Shown here: positions 25,401-34,505 of the stretch, one piece after another
Layout of the letters: each line of letters starts with the position of its first letter
Numbering within the stretch: position 1 is the first letter of the stretch
From: Syntrophus sp. GWC2_56_31
GTDB taxonomy: Bacteria; Desulfobacterota; Syntrophia; Syntrophales; UBA5619
Assembly (NCBI GenBank): GCA_001829875.1
Contig: MICN01000115.1
Coordinates: 1-45,588, forward strand
Direction of reading: 5' to 3'
DNA length: 45,588 nucleotides
Translations under genes and position numbers: made by a program
Notes under the pieces: generated by a model
The model's input: the letters and a program-made list of their open reading frames with translations, nothing else
What the model was told of the DNA's origin: nothing
Databases searched by the model: none

Positions 25401-27404
25401 TCACACCTCGCCGCCCATCTCCAGCATCATCTTCGTCAGGTCGCGGATGCGGTCCCGCAGCGCCGCCGCCTTTTCGAATTCGAGCGCCCTGGCGGCCAGC
25501 TTCATTTCCTCTTTAAGTTTCCGGATGACGACGGGCAGCTCCCTCTCGGAACTATACGCCGCCTGCTCTTCCGAAACGGTCTGCACCGTCACGTAATCGG
25601 CCTCATAGATGGAACCGAGGACGTTGCGGATCTCCGTCCTGACGCTCTCCGGCGTGATCCCGTGCTGTTCGTTGTAGCCGGCCTGGATCCGGCGCCTCCG
25701 CCGGGTCACGTCGAGACAGGCCCGGATCGAGGCGGTCTGGGTGTCGGCATACATGATCACCTGCCCCGCGATATTGCGGGCCGCCCGCCCGCTCGTCTGG
25801 ATAAGGGAGCGCTCGGAACGGAGAAACCCCTCCTTGTCGGCATCGAGGATCGCCACGAGCGAGACCTCGGGAATGTCTAGCCCTTCGCGCAGAAGATTGA
25901 CGCCGATAAGGCAGTCGAACTCGCCCATTCGAAGGTCGCGGATGATGTCCACCCGCTCGAGGGTATGGATGTCCGAATGGAGATATTTCACCCGGACCCC
26001 CAGTCCTTCGTAGTAAGCCGTCAGGTTCTCCGCCATCCGCTTCGTCAGTGTGGTCACGAGGACCCTCTCCCCCTTCTCCGCCCGGCTGCGGATCTCGCCG
26101 AGAAGATCGTCCACCTGGTGGGTCACCGGTTTCACGATGATCTCCGGATCCATCAAGCCCGTGGGACGGATGATCTGCTCCACAGCCCGCCCGGCGGCTC
26201 GGCCCATCTCGTAGAGGGCCGGCGTCGCCGAGACGCAGATCCGCTGGTTTTCGAATGCCTCGAACTCCTCGAAGCGGAGCGGCCGGTTGTCGAGGGCGGA
26301 GGGAAGGCGAAAGCCGTAGTTGACAAGGGTCTCCTTCCGGGAGCGGTCGCCGCGGTACATTGCATTGAGCTGGGGAATCGTTGCATGGCTCTCGTCGATG
26401 AAAACAAGGGCGTCCTTGGGCAGGTATTCCATCAGCGTCGGAGGCGGCTGACCCGGTTTGCGTCCGGTGAGATGGCGGGAGTAGTTCTCGATCCCCGAGC
26501 AGTAACCCATCTCCTCCATCATTTCGATATCGAAGTGGGTCCGCTGCTCGAGCCGCTGTGCCTCCAGGAGCTTGTTTTCCATGTTCAGTTCGCGGAGCCG
26601 CTCCCCCAGTTCCTCGCGGATCGCACCGATCGCCCGTTTCAGATTGTCCTGCGTCGTCACGTAGTGGCTGCCGGGATAGATCGCTATCCGACGGAGCCGT
26701 TCGATTTTCTTCCCCCGCAGGGGATCGACGATGGAGATCGCCTCGACCGTATCACCAAAGAGTTCTACCCGGATCGCCTTCTCCTCTTCGTATGGGGGAA
26801 AGATCTCCACGACATCCCCCCGGACGCGGAAGGTCCCCCGGTGGAAGTCGATATCGTTCCGCTCATACTGGATCTCAACGAGACGGGCAAGCATCGCATC
26901 GCGCGGAATTTCCATCCCCTCCTCCAGCAGGAGGAGCATCCCATGATAGGCTTCCGGAGAGCCGAGGCCGTAAATGCAAGAGACACTGGCCACGATGATC
27001 ACGTCCCGTCGCTCGACGAGAAAGTGGGTCGCTGCGTGGCGGAGCTTGTCGATCTCATCGTTGATTGCAGAATCCTTCTCGATGTAGGTATCCGTGCTGG
27101 GGATATAGGCCTCGGGCTGGTAGTAATCGTAATAGCTTACGAAATACGCAACGGCGTTTTCCGGGAAAAGGGTCTTGAACTCGCCATAGAGCTGAGCGGC
27201 GAGTGTCTTGTTATGGGCGATGACGAGGGCGGGCCGGTTCACTGCGGCGATGACGTTCGCCATCGTGAACGTCTTCCCGGAGCCGGTGACCCCAAGAAGA
27301 ACCTGATACCCCTGCCCTTTCTCCAGCCCCTCCACAAGCTTGGAAATCGCCTGCGGCTGATCCCCCCGCGGCTGAAACTCACTGACCAGATGAAACGCCC
27401 CCAT
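25401..27404 (-). CDS. uvrB: excinuclease ABC subunit B
   Basis: Walker [11 protein letters not shown], helicase motifs ([14 protein letters not shown]) and C-terminal UVR domain ([12 protein letters not shown]); 667 aa. Confidence 0.97.
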   Translation of the reverse strand: MGAFHLVSEFQPRGDQPQAISKLVEGLEKGQGYQVLLGVTGSGKTFTMANVIAAVNRPALVIAHNKTLAAQLYGEFKTLFPENAVAYFVSYYDYYQPEAYIPSTDTYIEKDSAINDEIDKLRHAATHFLVERRDVIIVASVSCIYGLGSPEAYHGMLLLLEEGMEIPRDAMLARLVEIQYERNDIDFHRGTFRVRGDVVEIFPPYEEEKAIRVELFGDTVEAISIVDPLRGKKIERLRRIAIYPGSHYVTTQDNLKRAIGAIREELGERLRELNMENKLLEAQRLEQRTHFDIEMMEEMGYCSGIENYSRHLTGRKPGQPPPTLMEYLPKDALVFIDESHATIPQLNAMYRGDRSRKETLVNYGFRLPSALDNRPLRFEEFEAFENQRICVSATPALYEMGRAAGRAVEQIIRPTGLMDPEIIVKPVTHQVDDLLGEIRSRAEKGERVLVTTLTKRMAENLTAYYEGLGVRVKYLHSDIHTLERVDIIRDLRMGEFDCLIGVNLLREGLDIPEVSLVAILDADKEGFLRSERSLIQTSGRAARNIAGQVIMYADTQTASIRACLDVTRRRRRIQAGYNEQHGITPESVRTEIRNVLGSIYEADYVTVQTVSEEQAAYSSERELPVVIRKLKEEMKLAARALEFEKAAALRDRIRDLTKMMLEMGGEV

Positions 27405-27577
27405 ATCCTCCCCCTCCGGGGGTTCATCCTGTCACAATTCCCCCGTATTGACAAGGGAACAAGAACAGGACACCGGTCACCGACTCTATATGTAAAAATA
27501 TCTCATGCAATTTTCAAAAATCTGTAGTATGAAATGCCCGAAAGAGGGATGCCTGTCAGAACACACAAGGAGACGGT

Positions 27578-28813
27578 ATGCAAGAAAAAAATTTGAGACA
27601 AACCTTGATGGTCATTGTCTCTACTATTTTCGTTTTGCCGTTTTTGGTTATCGCTTACATTTTTTATGAACAGCAAATCACCTTATCTCCAAGCAATATA
27701 GCCCTTTTTATCCTTATCTTGATACTCGAAGCTATGGGTATCATATTGGTTCGTTACGTCTTTAGTGCGGTTACCAACACTGCTGATTTCCTTAAAAAAA
27801 CAGCGGAAGGCAGCGAAAAATTGTCGTTGAATCTTCACCAGGAAGCAGCGGAATTGAATGAAATATCCTCCTCTGTGAATCGCATGCTGGAACGGTTTGA
27901 AAGAACCACGGACTCCCTTAATCAAACGAAAGAGGCATTGCAGGTCAGCGAAGAGAAATACCACAACATCCTCGAATACATCGAAGAAGGCTACTATGAA
28001 GTGGATTTGGCCGGCAATATTACTTTCGTCAATACCTCTGTGTCGAAAATGCTTGGTTATTCAACCGAAGAATTAAAGGGAATGAACAACCGTCAGTATA
28101 TGGACGAAGAAAATTCCGCGAAGGTTTTGCTTGATTACAAGGAAGTATATCGAACAGGTATCCCGGTAAAAAATTTGGATGTGGAGTTCGTAAGGAAAGA
28201 TGCGGATAGGGTGTATGTGGGAATATCCATTTCCCTCATGAGGGATCCTATGCAGCAAGCCATCGGCTTTCGCGGGATTATCCACGATATCACCGAACGT
28301 AAGCGGATGGAGGAGGAGATAAAAGGCCTTTCGATTACCGATTACCTCACAGGTCTTTACAATAGAAGGGGATTCATGACCCTGGCCGATCGCGAGTTAA
28401 AGACACAGGAAAGAACAAAGGGTGGATTACTGCTGCTGTTTGCCGATGTGGATAACATGAAATGGATCAATGATACCCTTGGCCATGAGAAGGGTGATCA
28501 GGCTCTCGTAGAAATTTCGACGATATTCAAACAGGTTTTCCGAAAATCTGACATTATTGCCCGTGTTGGGGGTGACGAGTTTGCGGTCCTCGGAATTGGC
28601 GCCTCGTCGAAAGACTTTGATACATTTCACAGTCAGCTGCGGCACCATCTTGACATATACAACGCCAATGAGAACAGGGAGTACAAACTCTCGTTGAGTG
28701 TGGGGATGGCTTACAAAGATCATGAAAACACCTGTTCCCTCGATGACCTGATATCCAAAGCCGATGGATTAATGTACGAACAAAAGCGGAGCAAGCGGTG
28801 TAGAGATAATTAG
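27578..28813 (+). CDS. membrane-anchored PAS-GGDEF diguanylate cyclase
   Basis: Two N-terminal TM helices, a linker, a PAS domain (YHNILEYIEEGYYEVDLAGNITFVN) and GGDEF active site RVGGDEFAVL, with an RxxD I-site (RKSD) five residues upstream. Visibly AT-richer than its neighbours. Confidence 0.9.
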   Translation: MQEKNLRQTLMVIVSTIFVLPFLVIAYIFYEQQITLSPSNIALFILILILEAMGIILVRYVFSAVTNTADFLKKTAEGSEKLSLNLHQEAAELNEISSSVNRMLERFERTTDSLNQTKEALQVSEEKYHNILEYIEEGYYEVDLAGNITFVNTSVSKMLGYSTEELKGMNNRQYMDEENSAKVLLDYKEVYRTGIPVKNLDVEFVRKDADRVYVGISISLMRDPMQQAIGFRGIIHDITERKRMEEEIKGLSITDYLTGLYNRRGFMTLADRELKTQERTKGGLLLLFADVDNMKWINDTLGHEKGDQALVEISTIFKQVFRKSDIIARVGGDEFAVLGIGASSKDFDTFHSQLRHHLDIYNANENREYKLSLSVGMAYKDHENTCSLDDLISKADGLMYEQKRSKRCRDN

Positions 28814-28861
28814 GGACAGAGCCCCTATTTTACCACGGGAAAATAGGGGCTCTGTCCCTAA
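28810..28861. terminator. bidirectional terminator: 22-bp perfect palindrome
   Basis: TTAGGGACAGAGCCCCTATTTT (28810-28831), loop ACCACGGG, AAAATAGGGGCTCTGTCCCTAA (28840-28861). Each arm ends in a T/A run on both strands. The TAG stops of both convergent genes (28811-28813 and rc of 28858-28860) lie inside the arms. Confidence 0.75.
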
Positions 28862-29337
28862 TTAAATTTCTTCATCTCCGACAGCTTCATGAAATGCTTC
28901 TTCTCCTCGAGGATGATCCTATCGATCGCCTCCCTCCGGTCTGCCGGCAGCAGTTCGCGGATCTCCCGGTAGTAGAGAAGGGAGTCGAGCTCGCGCCGAA
29001 TAGCAAAATCGATGGCGGACTCTTCATCCTTGATCGCCCCCAGCTCGCCCGCAAGCACATCCGTCTTGAAGACGAGGCGGTTGTCTACGTAATTGTGGAG
29101 ATAGGCGGCATACTCCCCGTCGTAACCCTCCGGGGGGGTGGACTGGTCCATCCCCGCCAGGATCTCCGAAAAGGTTTTCTGATGTTTCACCTCCTCGTCG
29201 GCCAGTTGCCGAAACAGAGACTTCGTCTCTTCCTTGCCGGCAATCTGCATGGCGTATCGGTAAAAATTCGCTCCGTTTTCCTCGATCCGTATCGCCGCCT
29301 CGACAATGTCACCCGCTTCAAAAACAGCCATGTTCAA
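28858..29337 (-). CDS. ferritin-like / rubrerythrin-family diiron protein (no rubredoxin domain)
   Basis: AIRIEENGANFYRYA...LADEEVKHQKTF and a second E..H-type segment (REAIDRIILEEKKH); 159 aa. Confidence 0.8.
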   Translation of the reverse strand: MNMAVFEAGDIVEAAIRIEENGANFYRYAMQIAGKEETKSLFRQLADEEVKHQKTFSEILAGMDQSTPPEGYDGEYAAYLHNYVDNRLVFKTDVLAGELGAIKDEESAIDFAIRRELDSLLYYREIRELLPADRREAIDRIILEEKKHFMKLSEMKKFN

Positions 29338-29391
29338 CCTCCTTTAATCACTCAACAGAAAATTCAATCTTGAGAGAAAGACCGATGCCTT

Positions 29392-30453
29392 CTACAGCCA
29401 CCTTCTTCGTCTGAAGTAAATCAGCATGAAGATGGCAATGACTATCATCACACCCCAGAGGGCGAAGTACCCCCAAGGCCACTCCAGCTCCGGCATGTGT
29501 TTGAAGTTCATCCCGTAGACCCCGGCGAGGAAGGTCAGCGGCATGAAGATGGTCGCGATGATGGTGAGGACCTTCATGATCTCGTTCATCCGGTTGCTGA
29601 TGGAGGAGAGATAGATGTCGAGCATCCCGGAGAGCATGTCCCGGTAGGTCTCTATCGTGTCGATCACCTGGACGGCGTGGTCGTAGACGTCGCGGAAATA
29701 GATGACCGACTGTTCACGGATGAGCGGCGAGTCGGACCTCCCGAGGCCGCCGAGCATCTCCCGGAGGGGCCAGACCGATTTCCGAAGGAGGATGATCTCC
29801 CGCTTAAAGGCCTGGATGGCCCGGAGGGTCTCGGGCGAGGGGCGGCCGACCAACGCATCTTCCAGGTTTTCTATCTTCTCTCCGAACTTGTCCAGAACGA
29901 CAAAGTAGCTGTCCACGATCGCGTCGAGGAGGGCATGGGCCAGGTAGTCGGCTCCGGCCTTCCTTAGGCGGCCCTTCTCGTTGCGGAGCCTCTCCCGGAT
30001 GGGGTCGAAAAGGGTCCCCTTTTTCTCCTGAAGCGATATCATCCAGTTGGGTCCGAGGACAATGCTGATCTGCTCGGGGATCAAACCGCCGCCCGCATCC
30101 TCATGAAAAAGCCTCAGAACGATATAGAGATAATCGCCATGATCCTCGCTCTTCGGGCGCTGCTCGGTGTTCAGGATGTCTTCGAGGATCAGTGGGTGGA
30201 GGCCAAAGACGCTTCCCATCTGATCGAGAAGCGGGATTTCCTGGAGACCGTCGATGTGAATCCAGGCAACGGCAGTCCCGTCGGGGGGAGGCAGGACCCC
30301 TTCCAGGGAATGGATTTCCCTTTCCTGGGAACGGGATTCGTCATATTCGCAGATCAGGATATTTGCCTTCTCCGCATGCCTCTGCCCGATATGAATCAGG
30401 GATCCGGGAGGAAGGCCTGTCTTGACGGATCGTTTTCTTGCGGTTCCGGGCAT
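29392..30453 (-). CDS. corA: magnesium/cobalt transporter CorA
   Basis: C-terminal two TM helices with the signature YGMNF (VYGMNFKHMPE); 353 aa. Confidence 0.93.
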   Translation of the reverse strand: MPGTARKRSVKTGLPPGSLIHIGQRHAEKANILICEYDESRSQEREIHSLEGVLPPPDGTAVAWIHIDGLQEIPLLDQMGSVFGLHPLILEDILNTEQRPKSEDHGDYLYIVLRLFHEDAGGGLIPEQISIVLGPNWMISLQEKKGTLFDPIRERLRNEKGRLRKAGADYLAHALLDAIVDSYFVVLDKFGEKIENLEDALVGRPSPETLRAIQAFKREIILLRKSVWPLREMLGGLGRSDSPLIREQSVIYFRDVYDHAVQVIDTIETYRDMLSGMLDIYLSSISNRMNEIMKVLTIIATIFMPLTFLAGVYGMNFKHMPELEWPWGYFALWGVMIVIAIFMLIYFRRRRWL

Positions 30454-30670
30454 GCTCCTTGCCTCCGGTCATTGTCTACGTTTCAGAAAGGCGTATGGTC
30501 TGCTAAGGACATGGCGGTATTTTAGCCTATCGTCCTCGGAAATACAATGAAAAGCTCGACGCGTTCGGCCGCCGGCAACCGTTTTTTCTCTTGACAAGCA
30601 CGACGGAATCACGGACATCATTCTCGTGTCCTGCGGAAGGAAGATTTTCTGACATCTGTCCGGAGGTTCC

Positions 30671-32062
30671 ATGAAGTATATTCTTGCAGCGACCGAAGAC
30701 CGGGCTCGCACGGAGATCGTCCGCACCGCCTTTCGCCGGTCATTTCACGTGGATGAGGCCTCTACGGTTCGGGACAGTTTCGACATCTTTCGAAAGCGGC
30801 GGTATGAATTCATCTTCATCGATCTCGATCTGATCGGCGAGCGGCAGCGAGGGGACGGCGACCCTCTGTGGAAACTCAGAGCGGCGGTCCCCTCTGCGGA
30901 GGTCATCGTCATGACCCCGCCGGAACGTATCCGGGAGGCGGTCGAAGCGGTAAAGGCAGGCGCCGCCAATTACATCACCACCCCCCTGAACGCCGACGAA
31001 GTTCGATATGTCGTCGAGAGTATCCATGAAGGCATCCGGGCGCAGTCGGAACTGGACTACCTGCGGGACCGCTTCTGGCAATCCGATTCCCTCGACGTTG
31101 TCCAGACCCGGAATCCCGCCATGCGCGCCGTCTTTGAGCAGGTTCGTCTTGTCGCACCGACCAAAAGTACCGTCCTTTTGTCCGGGGAGACGGGGACCGG
31201 CAAAGGGGTTCTGGCAAAGCTCATCCACCGCCACAGCAACCGGCGGGAGGTTCAGTTCATCGGCATCCACTGCGGCGCAATCCCCGACACCCTCCTCGAA
31301 AGCGAACTCTTCGGGCACGAGAAGGGGGCCTTCACCGGGGCCGCCCGACGAAAGCTGGGCAAGTTCGAACTGGCCCACGGCGGGACCATCTTCCTCGACG
31401 AAATCGGTACAATTACCCCAGCCGCCCAGATCAAACTCCTGCAGGTCCTCCAGGACCGGACATTCCAACGGGTGGGCGGAGAGGCCCTCATCGAGGCCGA
31501 TGTGCGGATCATCGCCGCCTCCAACGAGGACCTCGCCCGGATGGTGGAGAAGGGACTCTTCAGGAGCGACCTCTATTACCGGCTGAACGTCTTTCCCATT
31601 ACGATCCCGCCGCTTCGTGAACGCCGCGAGGACATCCCCCAACTGACGGAAATTTTTCTCAAGCAGGCGAACCGCTTCAGCCATCGAGGGATACATTATG
31701 TCCATCCCCTTGTCATGGACGCTTTTCAGCGCTATCCCTGGCCGGGCAACATCCGCGAGTTGCAGAACCTCATCGAGCGGGCCTGTATCCTGGAGACCTC
31801 CTCCACTCTGACAATGGCGAGTTTCCCGGCCGAGCTCTCCGCCAACGAGCCTGCAACGACGCCGATACCCATAGAAACACGATTTACGCTGGCAAAAGTC
31901 CGCGCTCTGGCTGTCGAAGAGGTGGAAAAACGATACCTCCGGGAGCTCCTTACCCGGAACAGCGGGAGGATCAACCGGACGGCGGAAGCCGCCGGCATCA
32001 CGGTCCGCCAGATCAATAAATTAATGAACAGATACGGGATGAAAAAGGAGGAATTCCGTTAG
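30671..32062 (+). CDS. sigma-54-dependent response regulator (NtrC family) with atypical receiver
   Basis: Receiver-like N-terminus (FIFIDLDL, VIVMT), AAA+ GETGTGKG, GAFTGA, and C-terminal HTH (AAGITVRQINKLMNRYG). The usual receiver Lys before Pro is Thr (NYITTPL). Confidence 0.9.
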   Translation: MKYILAATEDRARTEIVRTAFRRSFHVDEASTVRDSFDIFRKRRYEFIFIDLDLIGERQRGDGDPLWKLRAAVPSAEVIVMTPPERIREAVEAVKAGAANYITTPLNADEVRYVVESIHEGIRAQSELDYLRDRFWQSDSLDVVQTRNPAMRAVFEQVRLVAPTKSTVLLSGETGTGKGVLAKLIHRHSNRREVQFIGIHCGAIPDTLLESELFGHEKGAFTGAARRKLGKFELAHGGTIFLDEIGTITPAAQIKLLQVLQDRTFQRVGGEALIEADVRIIAASNEDLARMVEKGLFRSDLYYRLNVFPITIPPLRERREDIPQLTEIFLKQANRFSHRGIHYVHPLVMDAFQRYPWPGNIRELQNLIERACILETSSTLTMASFPAELSANEPATTPIPIETRFTLAKVRALAVEEVEKRYLRELLTRNSGRINRTAEAAGITVRQINKLMNRYGMKKEEFR

Positions 32063-32065
32063 CAT

Positions 32066-33529
32066 TCAGCGTCGTGAAGGGGGGGGCGCCGTCCGCGTCT
32101 TAACGACGACCCGTATCACCGGCGCTTTTCCTCCCGCAAACTGGATATCCTGCGGATACCTGAGCGCAGGCGTGAAAACCTTCTGGACGTCGAGCAGCGA
32201 AAGGTCGAGCGGCTCGGTCAGGATACGGATCCGTTTGCCGCGCAGCCTGCGGGGAATGAGAACCTTCGCTTCGGCGGGGGTGACCGTGATGTTTTGGACG
32301 GCAAGCCCCTGCGGCGGGGAGCCCTCCGTCAGTACCTCGATCGGCACGGTCAGAGGAAAAAGCCGGGACGCGATGACCTTGATCCGTTCCGGATTGATAT
32401 CGGCGATCGAAAGGTTGGAAGGGACCTTCACCATTTCGCGTTTCAATGTGATCTCATGTGCGCCGGGTCGAAGCTGTTTCAGGTCGATGGAAATCTTGAG
32501 ACTGTCCGGATGCAGAAGTTGAAAAGCCTGGCCGGGGCCGATCAGCGTGACCTTCGCCTCGATGATTTTGGGTTCCTCCAGGACCCATTCGACCGGGGGG
32601 TTCAGGTATTGGATAGGGACGACAAACTCACGACGGATCGTCTCGCGCTGATAGCCGAAGACGATCCAGAGAATACAGGCCAGGACGATGGCGATCACTT
32701 TTTCCCGGGGATTTTCCTTCAGCCAGCGAAGGATCGGCCGCGGTCTGGCGAGGGGCGCCCGCTTCTCAAAGAAAGCCTCCAGTTCGATGCGGAGCGCCGA
32801 GGCGTTGGCCATCTCATGAATCCTCTCCCCCTTCGCAAGCGAGATACTGCCCCGTTCCTCGGAGACGACGATACATAGGGCGTCCGAACGCTCCGAGAGG
32901 CCGAGGGCAGCCGTATGACGGAGGCCAAGGTTCCCATGCTGGGCCGCGTTTGCCGACAACGGCAAGTGACTTCCGAAACGTATCACTCGGTTGCCTTCGA
33001 TGAGAACAGCGCCGTCGTGTCCGATCGAGTGGGGGTCGAAAATGCTCTCCAACAGGGACTGGCTAAGGAGGCCGTCCAGATGGTTTCCTCCGGTCAGGTG
33101 TCGGTCGAGAGGATCCTTCCCCTGGATGACGATCAGGGCGCCAACCCTTTTATGGGCGAGGTCGGCGGCGGTCTGAGCGATGATTTCCGCGCTTTCATGG
33201 AAAGCGGCGACCGCGAAGACCCTCTTCCTGAACCGCCCTAACATGGCCAACCGCTCGAAGAAGCGGCGAAGGTCCTCCTGGAAGATGACGACCAGGACGA
33301 ACAGCAGGATCGTGAAAAATCCCTGCAGAACCAGCGTTGTCAGGTAGAGCTGAAAGAAGCGGGCAAGGAGATAGACGGCCCCCATCAGGGTGATGCCGAG
33401 GAAGACGAATCGGGAGGCCCGGTCCTTGAACCAGATCAGCAGCGCCGATATCATGATCGAAATGATCGCGATGTCGAGGATGTCCTGGAACCGGAAATTT
33501 TGGAGCATCGTCAGGGCGTTCTGGATCAT
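32066..33529 (-). CDS. cdaA: diadenylate cyclase (CdaA-type DAC domain) fused to C-terminal YbbR/CdaR-like domains
   Basis: Three N-terminal TM helices. DAC motifs are GALIVIQG, HDGAVLI and GLRHTAALGLSERSDALCIVVSEERGSISLA. A fourth TM (VIAIVLACILWIVFGY) is followed by repeated YbbR-like beta-rich segments (VPIQYLNPP..., VPIEVLTEG...). Confidence 0.85.
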   Translation of the reverse strand: MIQNALTMLQNFRFQDILDIAIISIMISALLIWFKDRASRFVFLGITLMGAVYLLARFFQLYLTTLVLQGFFTILLFVLVVIFQEDLRRFFERLAMLGRFRKRVFAVAAFHESAEIIAQTAADLAHKRVGALIVIQGKDPLDRHLTGGNHLDGLLSQSLLESIFDPHSIGHDGAVLIEGNRVIRFGSHLPLSANAAQHGNLGLRHTAALGLSERSDALCIVVSEERGSISLAKGERIHEMANASALRIELEAFFEKRAPLARPRPILRWLKENPREKVIAIVLACILWIVFGYQRETIRREFVVPIQYLNPPVEWVLEEPKIIEAKVTLIGPGQAFQLLHPDSLKISIDLKQLRPGAHEITLKREMVKVPSNLSIADINPERIKVIASRLFPLTVPIEVLTEGSPPQGLAVQNITVTPAEAKVLIPRRLRGKRIRILTEPLDLSLLDVQKVFTPALRYPQDIQFAGGKAPVIRVVVKTRTAPPPSRR

Positions 33530-33713
33530 ATGACATTCTCGTCTTTTGGCCCATCGGAAGCGGGCAGGCCGGTCTGAGGGTTAGAAATGACTGCGAAGCG
33601 CGCGTGTGTGATGACTATAAACAAAAGGGTTATTGCATGTCAAGAAGATATCGATTTTTTCTATCTGATTTTCGCTTTGTCTTTTCAACGGAGTTTGGCT
33701 ATAGTGAGGCGCG

Positions 33714-34505
33714 ATGATCGAGGGCATAACGAAAGAAAAGATCGGCCGCGTTGCTGCAATGATCAGGGAGGCGAAACACGTCGTCGTATTTACGGGCGCC
33801 GGTGTCAGCACGGAATCCGGCATCCCCGATTTCCGCAGTCCCGGAGGCCTTTGGACGAAGTTTGATCCGGAAGATTTCACCATCGACAAGTTCCTGTCAA
33901 ATCCGGAAACGCGCCGGAAGCAGTGGCGCTTTCTCCTATCCAGCGATCTGCTCAAGGACGCCGACCCCAATGCCGCCCATAAGGCCATAGCCGAACTGGA
34001 GGCGCTGGGCCGCCTGGACTGTGTCATCACTCAGAATATCGACAACCTCCACCGGAAGGCGGGAAATCATTCCAACAAGGTCTACGAACTGCACGGCAAC
34101 ATGCACTGGATACGTTGTCTGAAATGCAGCAACCGCTATCCCCTGGAGGAGATCCTCCGTGAAAGCGGGGTGTCGAGCGAAGTCCCTTCATGCAGGCACT
34201 GCGGGGGTATTCTGAAGCCGGATGTGATCTTCTTCGGCGAGTCGCTTCCGGAGGAGACTCTCCAGGATGCGACCCGGCATGCGAACCGCTGCGACCTCAT
34301 GATCGTCGTCGGCTCGTCGCTCGCCGTCTATCCGGCGGCCTATCTGCCGTTTTATGCAAAGCAGTCGGGGGCGAGGCTCGTCATCATCAACCTGACCCCG
34401 ACACCTGCGGACCGGACCGCAGACGTCGTCATCCACGCCGCGGCAGGGGAAGTCATGGGGCAGATCCTTGCCGAGGTGAAAGCGAGGCTGTCGGAATGTG
34501 TCTGA
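33714..34505 (+). CDS. cobB: NAD-dependent protein deacylase (Sir2/CobB family)
   Basis: GAGVSTESGIPDFRSPGGLW, QNIDNLH, HG, and a zinc-ribbon with two Cys pairs (CLKC...CRHCGG). Confidence 0.92.
   Translation: MIEGITKEKIGRVAAMIREAKHVVVFTGAGVSTESGIPDFRSPGGLWTKFDPEDFTIDKFLSNPETRRKQWRFLLSSDLLKDADPNAAHKAIAELEALGRLDCVITQNIDNLHRKAGNHSNKVYELHGNMHWIRCLKCSNRYPLEEILRESGVSSEVPSCRHCGGILKPDVIFFGESLPEETLQDATRHANRCDLMIVVGSSLAVYPAAYLPFYAKQSGARLVIINLTPTPADRTADVVIHAAAGEVMGQILAEVKARLSECV

Noticed and set aside
27405-27577. Search for an SOS (LexA) box or a clear promoter in the uvrB / GGDEF divergent region.
   Set aside because: Only a short CGGT-C-ACCG palindrome and an isolated TTGACA without a suitably spaced -10 were seen. 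Nothing matched the LexA-box consensuses I know, so no call is made.
30454-30670. Possible Mg2+ riboswitch or sigma-54 promoter upstream of corA, or of the NtrC-like gene.
   Set aside because: I saw no M-box-like conserved segments and no GG-N10-GC element on either strand. There is only a TTGACA with no convincing -10.
34190-34495. 5' extensions of listed ORFs: 34190 for the NRDE gene, 38835 for the secretin, 42210 for mshE, 582-1295 for hpt, 7952-8632 for the transporter, 17967 for the binding protein, and 10593-10880 for hicB.
   Set aside because: The extensions overlap upstream genes or regulatory RNA in another frame and encode implausible peptides. Internal Met codons with an RBS give normal family N-termini.
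33714-34505. Sir2-domain protein considered as an anti-phage NADase (Thoeris/DSR/SIR2-HerA-like defence).
   Set aside because: It has the size, GAGVSTESGIPDFR motif and four-Cys zinc ribbon of housekeeping CobB deacylases. It has no partner effector or sensor (no HerA, TIR, SLOG or large N- or C-terminal extension), and its neighbours are metabolic.
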